64,000 bases of DNA. Origin: an uncultured delta proteobacterium (GTDB lineage Bacteria; Desulfobacterota; Binatia; Binatales; Binataceae). Where the stretch lies: assembly GCA_963808235.1 (NCBI GenBank), contig CAWEEQ010000004.1:3616001-3680000 (forward strand), written 5' to 3'. The translations under genes were made by a program, and so were the position numbers. A model generated the notes under the pieces. That model did no database searches. It saw only the letters and a program-made list of their open reading frames with translations, and was not told the origin of the DNA. Positions 50,309-60,137 of this stretch are shown in pieces (positions within the stretch are counted from its first letter, which is position 1; each line of letters begins with the position of its first letter).

Positions 50309-51082
50309 TCAGATCTCGATCTTCATCCCGTCGAAGCCCATCTCGATGGCGATTTCGTTCTCGCGGCTCAGCACTTCGCGTCCAAGATGCGTCAGCACCA
50401 TCCGCCCTACTTTAAATTTATCACGATTGGCGGCGAGCAGCGGATAATTGAGATGGAAGTTCAGTTGCGCGCTTTCATAGTAGGTGCATTCGCACAGGAA
50501 CAGGTCGGCGCCGTCGCTGAGCTTTACCAGCTCGTCGTTCCATCCCGAGTCGCCGGAGAAGACAATCGACTTGACTCCGAGGTTGACCCGAAGCGAAAGC
50601 GAAATGTCAGGCTTGGTGTGCGGACTTCGAATCGCGCGGACCTGGAATTTGCCGAGTCGCGCCGATTTGCCGGGCTCGAGCACAACGAATTTCAGCTTGT
50701 GTTTTATTTTTGCGAGATCGAAGTGCGGAAACATCAGGCGCACCAACTGCCAGGTCCGCTCCTCGAGCTTGGCGGGCCCCGCAATCGTGAGCACCTTCTT
50801 GCGCCGCGTCTCCCACATATAATCGAGGATCAGAAATCCCAGGCCGGCGAAATGATCGCCATGAAGATGACTGATCAGCAGGAGATCGAAACTGTCGGTC
50901 GGGATGCGGTTGCCCTTCAGCGCCTGGAGCAGGCCGGGACCAGCTTCCATCAGGATGCGGCCGCCGGGTGCGTCGATCAGGTAACCGGCTTGCGCCCGTC
51001 CGTAACTCGCGAACGCATCGCCGGTGCCCAACAGGGTCACGGTAACGGGCGCACCGTTCGATGCAGTGCGATTCGGATTCAT
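50309..51082 (-). CDS. MBL-fold metallohydrolase (RNase Z/BN-like)
   Basis: LGTGDAF, SHLHGDH, FSGDS, ECT, LTHL. Confidence 0.88.
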   Translation of the reverse strand: MNPNRTASNGAPVTVTLLGTGDAFASYGRAQAGYLIDAPGGRILMEAGPGLLQALKGNRIPTDSFDLLLISHLHGDHFAGLGFLILDYMWETRRKKVLTIAGPAKLEERTWQLVRLMFPHFDLAKIKHKLKFVVLEPGKSARLGKFQVRAIRSPHTKPDISLSLRVNLGVKSIVFSGDSGWNDELVKLSDGADLFLCECTYYESAQLNFHLNYPLLAANRDKFKVGRMVLTHLGREVLSRENEIAIEMGFDGMKIEI

Positions 51083-51138
51083 TGCGGCGGCCTATGCTAA
51101 TATCATCGGCTCAAGCGCGCAAACCGGAGCTGAATTAG

Positions 51139-52095
51139 ATGAAGCAAGTAAAGATTGGCGTTGGATTTGGGCTTTGGCGGCTTGGGATGCCCGCGGCGGA
51201 GACTATCGCGCACGTAGCGGAGCGAGCCGAGGATTGGGGGCTCGATTCGTTCTGGCTGTCGGATCATCTGCTCGCGCCGTCGCCGGAACTCGACGTGGTG
51301 GCGACGCTCGCGCTGCTCGCCTCGCGCACCAAGCGGATGAAGCTCGGGCCGAGCGTGCTGCTGCTCAACTTGCGGCATCCGCTGATGGTTGCGAAATCAT
51401 TCGCGTCGCTCGATTACATGTCGGGCGGGCGGATGGTGATGGCGGTCGGCACGGGCGCGAATCTCGCCGACTATGCGGCGTGCGGGATTCCGACCGAGGC
51501 ACGCGGCCGCCGGCTCGACGAAGGAATCGAGGTGCTGCGCACGGTTTGGAAAACCTCGAAGGCAAGTTTCCACGGAAAGTTTTTCAATTTCGATAACGTC
51601 ACGATCGATCCGCGTCCGGCGCCGCGCACCAACAACGACTCGGGCACCATGGATATCTGGGTCGGCGGACGCTCCGACGCGGCGCTCAAACGCGCGGCGC
51701 GGCTGGCCGATGGCTTTTTCGCATCGTTCCAGACGCCGGAAGAATTCGGCGTCAGCATGGCGAAGATCCGCGACTATGCGGCGGGCTATGGGCGGGCGAA
51801 CGCGCGAATCGAATCGGGACTGATTCTTCTGTGCAGAATCGCGAAGTCGCGCGAGGATGCGCTCGAGGAGATGCGCCCGATGCTGGCGGCGATGGGCACT
51901 GGCGCGGAGGCATACCTGGCGCGCACGGTTTATGGATCGCCCGACGACGTTCGCGAGCGGCTCGGCGAATATGTTGCGAAGGGACTCGACAAGTTTGTGC
52001 TGTGGCCAATCGCTGCGCCGGAGGCATGGCCGAAGCAAGTTGAACTGGTCGGCCGCGAGATCGCGTCGCATTACTTCGACGCGCGTGCGGCCTGA
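51139..52095 (+). CDS. LLM-class (luciferase-like) flavin/F420-dependent oxidoreductase
   Basis: WLSDH, ASLDYMSGGR, RLDEGIEVL, IWVGG, RAARLADG. Confidence 0.9.
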   Translation: MKQVKIGVGFGLWRLGMPAAETIAHVAERAEDWGLDSFWLSDHLLAPSPELDVVATLALLASRTKRMKLGPSVLLLNLRHPLMVAKSFASLDYMSGGRMVMAVGTGANLADYAACGIPTEARGRRLDEGIEVLRTVWKTSKASFHGKFFNFDNVTIDPRPAPRTNNDSGTMDIWVGGRSDAALKRAARLADGFFASFQTPEEFGVSMAKIRDYAAGYGRANARIESGLILLCRIAKSREDALEEMRPMLAAMGTGAEAYLARTVYGSPDDVRERLGEYVAKGLDKFVLWPIAAPEAWPKQVELVGREIASHYFDARAA

Positions 52096-52102
52096 ACTCT
52101 CT

Positions 52103-52663
52103 GTGCGCGCAGCACTCGCGCTCATCGTGGCGAGCGTCGCGCTGGCCGGATGCGCAAAGCCGGTGCCGGCGACTCGGGCGCCGCGAATCTACGCGAGCGC
52201 AGAGGAAGTCGAGCTCAACTTCCGGAGCCGCACTTTCGTTCTTGGCGACGACGACAAAATCGCCGAGGTCCGCCCGCTCAACTGGCCCAAAGACAAGTTC
52301 ATCAAGCTGCCCTTCTGGTTCGGGGTCAATATCCTGGTGCCGGGTGTGATGGCGCCGAAGGAAGGCGATTTTTACGTCATCAGCGAGGCGACTCTCGACA
52401 AGCCGCTCGACGCGCCGGGCGAATGGATGATCGACGCGGGCAGCACGCTGGTCAAGCAGGAGACGGTGCTGGTGACGACGCGCACGCAATATCTGTCCAC
52501 CGGAAAAATCCTGCCGACTATTGTTCAGTACATGGGCAAGCGCGAGTTCAAACGCTCCGACGGCAAGCCCGTGCAGATTCCGGTCTTGCGCGAGGTGTCG
52601 TTGCCGATGAAGTGGACGCTCGGCGGAAGAATCCCCGCGAGCTACGCGCGATACCGGGTATGA
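52103..52663 (+). CDS. Hypothetical lipoprotein (paralog A)
   Basis: GTG start, lipobox LAGC; similar to the next gene. Confidence 0.75.
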   Translation: MRAALALIVASVALAGCAKPVPATRAPRIYASAEEVELNFRSRTFVLGDDDKIAEVRPLNWPKDKFIKLPFWFGVNILVPGVMAPKEGDFYVISEATLDKPLDAPGEWMIDAGSTLVKQETVLVTTRTQYLSTGKILPTIVQYMGKREFKRSDGKPVQIPVLREVSLPMKWTLGGRIPASYARYRV

Positions 52664-53337
52664 TTCGCGGACGCAAAACGATCGGCGCGGGCGCATCACT
52701 CGCGCTTGCGCTCGCGGCGTCAATTCTGATCGCCGGATGCAGGCCGGACTCAGCGCTGGACTTCGGGCCGGTCGGCGAAATCTCCACGCCGCCCGAGGAT
52801 CCGCTGAGCCGCGATATTCTCCGCGATTTCGCGGGCAAGCAATTCGATCTTGGCGACAACGATCACGAGGCGCATGTCAGCCTGAAGGATTGGCCGCCGG
52901 GGCATCGCATCGTCCTGCCCTTCTGGCTCGGCGTGAACCCACTGTACTCCAGCTTTCTGCGCCCCAAGGTCGGACATATATATGTGATGAGCGAATCGAC
53001 GCTGGTCCGCCCGCTCGGCAACAACGAGTACCTGATTCGCGCGGGCTCGAAACTGTTCAAGAGCGACACGGTTTTCGAGGGGAGATCAACGCGATACGTG
53101 GGCATCGGCGCAATGCTCCCGACGGTAGTCCGCTTCGTCGGCACCCGAGTGATCACGGTGCCGCGCGACGCGCCATCAACCGGAACGATCACGGAGAAGG
53201 TGCCGGTACTGCGTGAAGTGTCGCTGCCAATGCATACCGCCGAGGAACTCCACGGCTACGCGAAGTTTGAAGTGATCGGCGCTGCGGCGCCGAATCGATC
53301 ATCGAAATCGTCCAGGACTCGATCCGGGACTCGATGA
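52660..53337 (+). CDS. Hypothetical lipoprotein (paralog B)
   Basis: ATGA overlap, lipobox IAGC; similar to the previous gene. Confidence 0.75.
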   Translation: MIRGRKTIGAGASLALALAASILIAGCRPDSALDFGPVGEISTPPEDPLSRDILRDFAGKQFDLGDNDHEAHVSLKDWPPGHRIVLPFWLGVNPLYSSFLRPKVGHIYVMSESTLVRPLGNNEYLIRAGSKLFKSDTVFEGRSTRYVGIGAMLPTVVRFVGTRVITVPRDAPSTGTITEKVPVLREVSLPMHTAEELHGYAKFEVIGAAAPNRSSKSSRTRSGTR

Positions 53338-53338
53338 A

Positions 53339-55339
53339 CTAAGAGTCTTCTGACTCTTGCAGAGTTGCGGTTTGGAGAAGGTCGGCGGGGACGTCTTCGA
53401 GGAAGCGGGAGACGCGGCCCATCACGAAGCCGAAGCTGCGGTCGAACATATATATGGGATACGAGAGGTAGAGTTCGTCGCGGGCGCGAGTGCTCGCGAC
53501 GTACATCAGGCGGCGCTCTTCTTCGAGTTCGTCGTCGCCGACGCTTTGCGGGCCGGGGAAGCGTCCGTCGGCGGCCCAGATCAGGAACACCACTTTCCAC
53601 TCGAGACCCTTGGCGGAGTGAATCGTGCTGAGCGTCAGGTACTCGTCGTCGGGGCCGGTGGCGAGCACGCCGTCGAGCGAGTCGCTGGGCGGCTCGAGCG
53701 CCATGTCGGAGAGCATCGCGTCGAGACTTTTGTAGCGCTCGGTGATGTTCTGGAAATGCTCGAGGTCGCGCTCGCGCTTGGGAAAGTCGTCGGGGTACGC
53801 CTCGCGCATCACGGGGATGTAGTATTCGAGCGTCATCGCGATTTGCTCGGCGGGGCGTTTTTCACCGCTGCGCAAATCCTTCAGCAACGCGGCGAGCCGC
53901 TTGAAGCCGGACTCGGCGCCGCCGCGAGCAGTGCCGCCGAGCTTTGCGATCGCGTCGGCAGGATCGTCGGATGCTACGAGCGCCTCGATCGTTCGCTCGG
54001 CGGTGCGATGCCCAATTCCCTTCATCAGCATCAGCACGCGCAGCCATGAGACCGCGTCACTGGGATTCGCGATGACGCGCAGATGCGCGAGCACGTCCTT
54101 GATGTGTGCGGTCTCGATAAACTTGAATCCGCCGCGCTTGATGAACGGGATGTCGCGGCGCTGGAGCTCGAGTTCGAGATCGAAAGAGTGAAAGCTCGAG
54201 CGGAACAGCACCGCGATCTCGGCGAGCTCGACGCCCTCTTCGCGAAGCTCCAGGATGCGTTGCGCGACGAAGCGCGATTGCATGTGCTCATCCTGGGCGC
54301 GCACCAGCACGGGGCGAAAGCCGCCTTCGCGCTGGGTGAACAGGGCCTTGGTGTACTTTTCGCCGGCGCGCGAAATCAGGTCGTTGGCGACGTCGAGGAT
54401 GCCTTGAAGCGAGCGGTAATTTTCCTCGAGCTTGACGATACGTGCGCCGGGGAAAATTGTCGGGAAGTCCATGATGTTGCGGAAGTTGGCGCCGCGAAAC
54501 GAATAGATCGACTGCGCATCGTCGCCGACCGCCATCACGTTGCTATGGCTCGAACCGAGCAGCCGCACCAGGTCGGCCTGGATCAGGTTGGTGTCCTGGT
54601 ACTCGTCGATCATGATGTAGCGATACGTGTCGGAGATCCGGCGGCGCACATTCTCGTGCTGTTCGAGCAGTTCCGCGAGCCGGTAGAGCAGGTCGTCGTA
54701 ATCGAGCAGGCCGCGCTCGCGTTTGTAGCTCTCGTAATTCTTCGCGAGATCCAGAAGCTCGGTCTGATGCTCGCCGAGATGCGGAAAATCCAGCTCGATT
54801 TCCTCTTCAAGCGGGCGGCGCTTGTTGCGCGCCATGCTGATTGCTTCTGCGATAGTGCTCTTCTTGGGGAAGCGGCGCTCGCGCGACCCGAGGCCCATCC
54901 GGGTCCGCAGCAGATTGACGACGTCTTCCATGTCGGAACGATCGAGGATGGTGAAGTTGGGCTTGAGGCCCATCGGAGCGCCCATCCGGCGCAGCACATT
55001 ATTTGCGAAGGAATGAAACGTGCCGCCCGCGACCGCGCCGGCGCGATCGCCGACCAGTTGCTCGGCGCGCCGGAGCATCTCCTGCGCCGCGCGTCGCGTG
55101 AAGGTAAGCAGGAGAATTGCGCCCGGCGGCACGCCACTCTCGATCAGGCGCGCGACTCGATAGATCAGCGTGCGCGTCTTGCCCGAGCCCGCGCCGGCGA
55201 CGACCAGCAGCGGTCCGTCGCGATGCGTCACCGCGTCGAGCTGCGCGGGATTCAGCAAGTCCGCGTACTTGATCTTGAAGTTGCGCTCGTCGGCGGGCGA
55301 CGCCGGCTTTTCGCGCAGATAGATTACCTTGTCGGCCAC
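53339..55339 (-). CDS. UvrD/Rep/PcrA-family SF1 DNA helicase
   Basis: AGAGSGKT, DEYQD, VGDDAQSIY, LEENYRS, TIHSAKGLEW, EERRLMYVA. Confidence 0.95.
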   Translation of the reverse strand: MADKVIYLREKPASPADERNFKIKYADLLNPAQLDAVTHRDGPLLVVAGAGSGKTRTLIYRVARLIESGVPPGAILLLTFTRRAAQEMLRRAEQLVGDRAGAVAGGTFHSFANNVLRRMGAPMGLKPNFTILDRSDMEDVVNLLRTRMGLGSRERRFPKKSTIAEAISMARNKRRPLEEEIELDFPHLGEHQTELLDLAKNYESYKRERGLLDYDDLLYRLAELLEQHENVRRRISDTYRYIMIDEYQDTNLIQADLVRLLGSSHSNVMAVGDDAQSIYSFRGANFRNIMDFPTIFPGARIVKLEENYRSLQGILDVANDLISRAGEKYTKALFTQREGGFRPVLVRAQDEHMQSRFVAQRILELREEGVELAEIAVLFRSSFHSFDLELELQRRDIPFIKRGGFKFIETAHIKDVLAHLRVIANPSDAVSWLRVLMLMKGIGHRTAERTIEALVASDDPADAIAKLGGTARGGAESGFKRLAALLKDLRSGEKRPAEQIAMTLEYYIPVMREAYPDDFPKRERDLEHFQNITERYKSLDAMLSDMALEPPSDSLDGVLATGPDDEYLTLSTIHSAKGLEWKVVFLIWAADGRFPGPQSVGDDELEEERRLMYVASTRARDELYLSYPIYMFDRSFGFVMGRVSRFLEDVPADLLQTATLQESEDS

Positions 55340-55384
55340 GTCGAGCGGATCTTACCACGTCGCGCGCCGCGAAATTAACCAAGG

Positions 55385-55421
55385 AGAAAGAAGCCCGAAA
55401 CCCTTTCTCGGGTTTCGGACT
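55385..55421 (-). terminator. Intrinsic terminator after the Tyr-rich lipoprotein
   Basis: CCGAAACCC-GAGAAA-GGGTTTCGG followed by a pyrimidine tail. Confidence 0.65.
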
Positions 55422-55466
55422 TGGTGTCGGGGAAAGGTGTGCGCCGCGCGCGGTCAGGGCACGACG

Positions 55467-55892
55467 TTAGTTTTTCTCAGAGCGACCTGACGGCTCGGAA
55501 TCTTTGCGCGAATAGGTGTTGCGATCGACGCTCGAGTGCTCGGCGCGCGTGTCCGCGTGATTGGTGACTACTGCCTCATGCTGGTCGGCATGCCGATCGC
55601 GATTTTCATCGACGCGTACTCCATTCCGATATCCCGAATTATACGCATTCCCATATCGATATCCTGAATTATACGAATTCCCATAATTTTGCGGATACGA
55701 ATAACCACTACTGTAGCCACTGTAAGGATAGGAACTTCCGTAGCTGTTATAGCTGCTATTGTAACCGCTGTTGTAGCCGTAAGGGTCGCCAGAATAACCT
55801 GAGCCACCGCCGCCAAAACAACCTGCGGCCAGCGTCGCAGTCAGTATTCCGCCCAACACCATCGTGAGTCTTCGAGAGATAATCGTTTTCAT
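55467..55892 (-). CDS. Lipoprotein with Tyr/Ser/Gly/Asn low-complexity region
   Basis: Lipobox AAGC; 30-bp tandem duplication at 55627-55686 (YGN[S/A]YNSGYR). Confidence 0.75.
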   Translation of the reverse strand: MKTIISRRLTMVLGGILTATLAAGCFGGGGSGYSGDPYGYNSGYNSSYNSYGSSYPYSGYSSGYSYPQNYGNSYNSGYRYGNAYNSGYRNGVRVDENRDRHADQHEAVVTNHADTRAEHSSVDRNTYSRKDSEPSGRSEKN

Positions 55893-56277
55893 AGCGTCCG
55901 TTGAGGAGCCTCACTCAGAGCCTTTCCTTTTGCGATTCGGATTGGTCTAGCGGAACGTGGTCAAAGGCGAGTGGAAGGGCCACTGTCGGGCTGGATCAAA
56001 GTTGACCTCCGCTCATTTTCGGAAGTCTAACAACTCGGAGTATATTTCAAGTATATGAAAGAAGTCAAAAGCAGACTGCGCCAATTAGTTAATGAGTATA
56101 TAGTCCAAATGTACAATACTCGGCACAATAGCTACTCATTTTGTTTAAGTGTTGACTAGTCGGAACCTGGCAAACGTAAGGTTTGGTTATTTCAGGAACG
56201 ATCGACCGCGAACCGCATACATGATCTCCGACCAGCAGTGATAACGTGACTCGTGAAGGGTACTGCAAGGAGAATCT

Positions 56278-56427
56278 ATGTTGTTACTGATTATCTTACT
56301 GGTTCTGCTGTTTGGTGGTGGCGGTGGCTACTACGGTTACAGAAGCTACGGTTTTGGCGGCGGACTCGCGCCAATCCTGATTGTAATCCTGGTCGTCTTC
56401 CTGCTCGTGGGCAGAGGCGGTCTCTGA
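56278..56427 (+). CDS. DUF3309-like small membrane protein (not in ORF track)
   Basis: AAGGAG RBS; MLLLIILLVLLFGGGGGYYGYRSYGFGGGLAPILIVILVVFLLVGRGGL*. Confidence 0.8.
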   Translation: MLLLIILLVLLFGGGGGYYGYRSYGFGGGLAPILIVILVVFLLVGRGGL

Positions 56428-56430
56428 GCC

Positions 56431-58218
56431 TTATTTGAGCCCGAGCTTCTTGACCCGGGTACTTAGCGTGCTCGGTTTGATTCCGAGCAACTCCGCGGCG
56501 CCGCTGTGTCCATAGATTCTGCCGCCGCTACGTTTCAGAGCGGCAACCATGTTGTCCCGCGCCTGGCGTCTCATTTCCTTATCCGGGATCACCTCAGACT
56601 CTTCCGATGATGTAGATTCATGGGCGGGTGCGGACGATCGTGGCTGGTTGGACGGGCTTGATTCATTGCGTCCCGGAATATCCAACCGAAGCGACCCTGA
56701 ACGCGACGCGATCACGGCCCGCTCGATCACGTTTTGCAGTTCACGGACGTTTCCCGGCCAATCGTAGTTCTGTAGTTGCCGGAGCTGGCTCGCCGAGAGG
56801 CGCAGGCCCGATCGATTGAACCGCTTGGATGCCGCCTTGAGAAAATGCGTCGCGAGCACTGGGATGTCGTCCGCGCGCTCGCGCAATGGAGGTACCTCGA
56901 TCGGGAAAACGCTCAGCCGGTAGTAAAGGTCCTCACGAAATCGGCGCTCGCGGACCAGACTTTTGAGGTCGCGATTAGTCGCGGCAATGATGCGCACGTT
57001 GACCCGCCGCGTGCGGTTATCGCCGACCGCCTCAAATTCGCCGTCCTGCAGAACCCGGAGCAGCTTGGGCTGCATCGCCGGTGGCAAATCGCCTATCTCA
57101 TCAAGAAAAAGTGTGCCGCCGTCGGCAAGCTGAAAGCGGCCGATACGATCTGCCGAGGCTCCCGTGAACGCTCCCTTGAGGTGGCCGAAAAACTCACTCT
57201 CAAACAGCTCGCGAGGAATTGCGGTGCAATTGATCTTAACGATTGGACGATCGCGGCGCGGGCTGCTTTCATGAATTGCGCGGGCCACCAGTTCCTTGCC
57301 GACTCCAGTCTCGCCAAGGATCAGTACACTCGCATCGGTGAGAGCGACCGTTTCGATTTGCTCCAGAACGCGATGCAATCCGGCGCTGGCGCCCAAAAGT
57401 TTAAGGTTGCCCGAAGCCTCTCTTACTTCCTGGCGCAGGTAGGCGTTCTCCGACTCGAGCCGTTGACGGAGTTTGGTTACTTCCCCCAGCGCGTTTCTAA
57501 GCTGCTCGTTAACCGCGGTGAGTTCGCCGGTCCGCTCGATGACGCGCCGCTCAAGAACCTCATTCAGCCGCTTTATCTCTGACTTCGCCTGCCTGAGCTC
57601 AGGAGTCTCGAGAACCTCCCAGAGCCCGTTGCGTCTCGCCACCATGAGTTGATGCGTACGGGCGACATCCAGGACTTCGGCAGCGCCGCAGGCCGCTACC
57701 GGGTAGCTACATATGCAAGTCATGGCCAGGTTAGCGATGGACTCGTCGAGTTTCCTTTCGTAGTCGTTGAAGTCCTTCCAGTCTTTTTTCTTCAGCCAGA
57801 CTGTACCGCCGGTCACTCGCATTCCGCAGTAGCCACGGCTTAGTGCGTCGCTGAGTTTCTCGTTCCAACCTCTTATGACCCTATCGAGATCTTTGGGACC
57901 GCCTCCGAGGTACCATGCGCGGTCCGAAACGATTTCCATGCTTCGATCGGCGAAGTGGCGCTCGAGGTCGGGCGTAGCCTGCCGCAACGCCTCGATGGCT
58001 TCCTGCTCGGTGACATCGGAAACCACCCAAAAGCAGAACTCCTTACTTTTCAACCCGGCTTTGAAATAGGGGACCAACGTTTCGAGAAGGTCCTCTTTGG
58101 TGTCATAGAAGTGACAGAGGTGCGTCCCCCAGGGCATGGCACCGACGACATCGATTCCAGAATCTCTCAGCTCCGATTCCATTGCGGTCTCGTGCGACCT
58201 CTGGACCTCTGCGACCAT
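56431..58218 (-). CDS. MEDS-domain sigma54-dependent activator
   Basis: [20 protein letters not shown]; [30 protein letters not shown], Fis HTH. Confidence 0.92.
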   Translation of the reverse strand: MVAEVQRSHETAMESELRDSGIDVVGAMPWGTHLCHFYDTKEDLLETLVPYFKAGLKSKEFCFWVVSDVTEQEAIEALRQATPDLERHFADRSMEIVSDRAWYLGGGPKDLDRVIRGWNEKLSDALSRGYCGMRVTGGTVWLKKKDWKDFNDYERKLDESIANLAMTCICSYPVAACGAAEVLDVARTHQLMVARRNGLWEVLETPELRQAKSEIKRLNEVLERRVIERTGELTAVNEQLRNALGEVTKLRQRLESENAYLRQEVREASGNLKLLGASAGLHRVLEQIETVALTDASVLILGETGVGKELVARAIHESSPRRDRPIVKINCTAIPRELFESEFFGHLKGAFTGASADRIGRFQLADGGTLFLDEIGDLPPAMQPKLLRVLQDGEFEAVGDNRTRRVNVRIIAATNRDLKSLVRERRFREDLYYRLSVFPIEVPPLRERADDIPVLATHFLKAASKRFNRSGLRLSASQLRQLQNYDWPGNVRELQNVIERAVIASRSGSLRLDIPGRNESSPSNQPRSSAPAHESTSSEESEVIPDKEMRRQARDNMVAALKRSGGRIYGHSGAAELLGIKPSTLSTRVKKLGLK

Positions 58219-58311
58219 AACCTCATTGTCTCACGGTCTCACGCATCTGGCATCGAGCTAACTTAGTCTGGTGTCCTCGCATCGGTCCAGGCATAGACGC
58301 ACCATCAGATG

Positions 58312-58363
58312 CGCAACGGAATATCGCTGCGAGTTTGGATGACGCAACGGAACTTCGTCGCGA
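58312..58363 (+). promoter_or_regulatory. Tandem upstream activator-like sites
   Basis: cgcaacggaatatcgctgcga and cgcaacggaacttcgtcgcga, 31 bp apart, each an imperfect palindrome. Confidence 0.6.
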
Positions 58364-58425
58364 TGCTAAATATATACAAGCTGTAGTATATTTAGTTTAG
58401 ACGAAGTTTTATTATCTTAATGACG

Positions 58426-58441
58426 TGGCACGGACCGTGCT
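58426..58441 (+). promoter_or_regulatory. Sigma54 -24/-12 promoter
   Basis: TGGCACGGACCGTGCT (GG-N10-GC), downstream of an AT-rich tract. Confidence 0.75.
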
Positions 58442-58534
58442 CCGATTCTGATGACGGTCACGCCACAGTAGTTGCTTTCCCTCTGAAAATTTTTAATCCG
58501 GGATGCGCCGCAAGGAGTACGAACCGCAGCCGAG

Positions 58535-58813
58535 ATGTCCAGGAAGAACAATGGTATTCACAAGCGTGAGCAGAGCGAATCGACTTATTTCGAGATCGAT
58601 CGATCCACCGTGGCCCGTGACCTGAAGAACCTCAGAAGTGCAATCGAGGATGGTGCGAAACAGATCGAGATGGTAGCTGCCGAGCGAGTATTTGATCAGT
58701 CACTTTCTCAAGCGCTCGTGCAGAAAGCGCGCGAGTTGCACCTGGTCGCAAGAGATTTGAACGGGCTCCTACGTTTGGTCGAACGCGCTCGCATGCCGAA
58801 GAGGTCGAAGTGA
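58535..58813 (+). CDS. Small helical hypothetical protein, probably sigma54-controlled
   Basis: 92 aa, amphipathic helical pattern; follows the sigma54 promoter. Confidence 0.55.
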   Translation: MSRKNNGIHKREQSESTYFEIDRSTVARDLKNLRSAIEDGAKQIEMVAAERVFDQSLSQALVQKARELHLVARDLNGLLRLVERARMPKRSK

Positions 58814-58889
58814 CCCGAGCCATGAGGAACTGGAAACGCACGCGGGCGCCATCTCTGACGCCCGCGTGGATCAATGCTTGCGATTCCGG

Positions 58890-59921
58890 CTACTGGAGCT
58901 GAATCTGCGCGATTTGCGCGGTCTCCTTCTGCACCACCTCGGCCGGAAGCGGCGCGTATTTCAGATCCGGCGCGTACTTCTGACCGTCGGTAAGCGCCCA
59001 ATGCAGGAACTTTACGATCTGCTCGCCGGTCTCCTTGTTGGTCTGCTTCTGATAAACGAGCAGCCAGGTGAATGATGAGATCGGATACGCATCGGCGCCC
59101 GGCGCGTCCGTGATCGACACGCGGAAGTCGGCCGGCATGTTCCCCGCCGCCGACGCGGCCGCCGCCGTCACTCCTCCCAGGTTCGCCTCCACCCAGTTGC
59201 CAGCCTTGTTCTGGATCGTGGCATACGGGATGTGATTGTTGAGCGCGTAGATCAGCTCGACGTATCCGATCGCGCCGGGAGTTTGCTGTATCAGCGCCGT
59301 CACGCCCTCGTTGCCTTTGCCGCCGAGACCCGCCGGCCACTTGACCGAAGTTCCCTTACCCACGTCCGACGCCCAGCCGGGGCTGACCTTGGACAAGTAG
59401 TCGACGAAAATATATGTCGTGCCGCTGCCGTCCGAGCGATGGCATACCACGATGTCGGTGGAAGGGATCGTAGCGCCGGGATTGAGCTCTTTGATCTTAT
59501 CGTCATCCCACTTGGTAATCTTGCCCATGAAGATGTCGGCGATCACCGGTCCGGTCAGGCGCAGCGTACCGGTGAAGCCCGGCAGATTGTAGGCGACCAC
59601 GTCCGCGCCCATCACCGAGGGGAAGTGGAGAATCTTCGCGGGTGCATCGGAGAGCTGCTGATCGGTCAGCGGCGCATCGCTCGCGCCTACGTCGACGGTG
59701 CGATTCGAGAGCATCCGGATTCCGCCGCCCGAGCCGATCGATTGGTAGTTGAATTTGATCCCCGGATTTTCCTTCGCGTAAACGTCAAACCACTTCGAGT
59801 AAATCGGGTAAGGGAAGGTCGCGCCGGCGCCGTTTATCAACTGATCGGCGAAACCGGAGCGGCCGATTCCTGCGACCGCCAGCGTGATTAGCAGTGCCGT
59901 GATAATTCGTCGCTTGTGCAT
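58890..59921 (-). CDS. pstS: Phosphate ABC transporter substrate-binding protein
   Basis: GAGATFPYP, YQSIGSGGG, HRSDGSGTT, GKGNEGV, YPISSFTW. Confidence 0.96.
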   Translation of the reverse strand: MHKRRIITALLITLAVAGIGRSGFADQLINGAGATFPYPIYSKWFDVYAKENPGIKFNYQSIGSGGGIRMLSNRTVDVGASDAPLTDQQLSDAPAKILHFPSVMGADVVAYNLPGFTGTLRLTGPVIADIFMGKITKWDDDKIKELNPGATIPSTDIVVCHRSDGSGTTYIFVDYLSKVSPGWASDVGKGTSVKWPAGLGGKGNEGVTALIQQTPGAIGYVELIYALNNHIPYATIQNKAGNWVEANLGGVTAAAASAAGNMPADFRVSITDAPGADAYPISSFTWLLVYQKQTNKETGEQIVKFLHWALTDGQKYAPDLKYAPLPAEVVQKETAQIAQIQLQ

Positions 59922-60137
59922 TTTCTTGAATTCCCCTCGAAGCTAGCCGTTAGCATTCCAACGCAGCACCCCGGATGCCGCATGCTGGAAGCTATGCATC
60001 CAAGATTAACGGAGGATGAACCCGCCGTGTCTGCGGTTTGAATTCCCACTGGGTTGAATTTCACGATTCAATGATAGCCGCGCCGACGTTTGCTTTTTTC
60101 CGCTTTTATCAGTGAAGCTGGCGGCAGAATTGATGCG

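Noticed and set aside
56115-56190. Sigma54 promoters (CGGCAC.., TGGCAA..) ahead of the DUF3309-like gene
   Set aside because: No GC at the -12 position with GG-N10-GC spacing
59922-60137. Pho box upstream of pstS
   Set aside because: No convincing 11-bp-periodic direct repeat by eye
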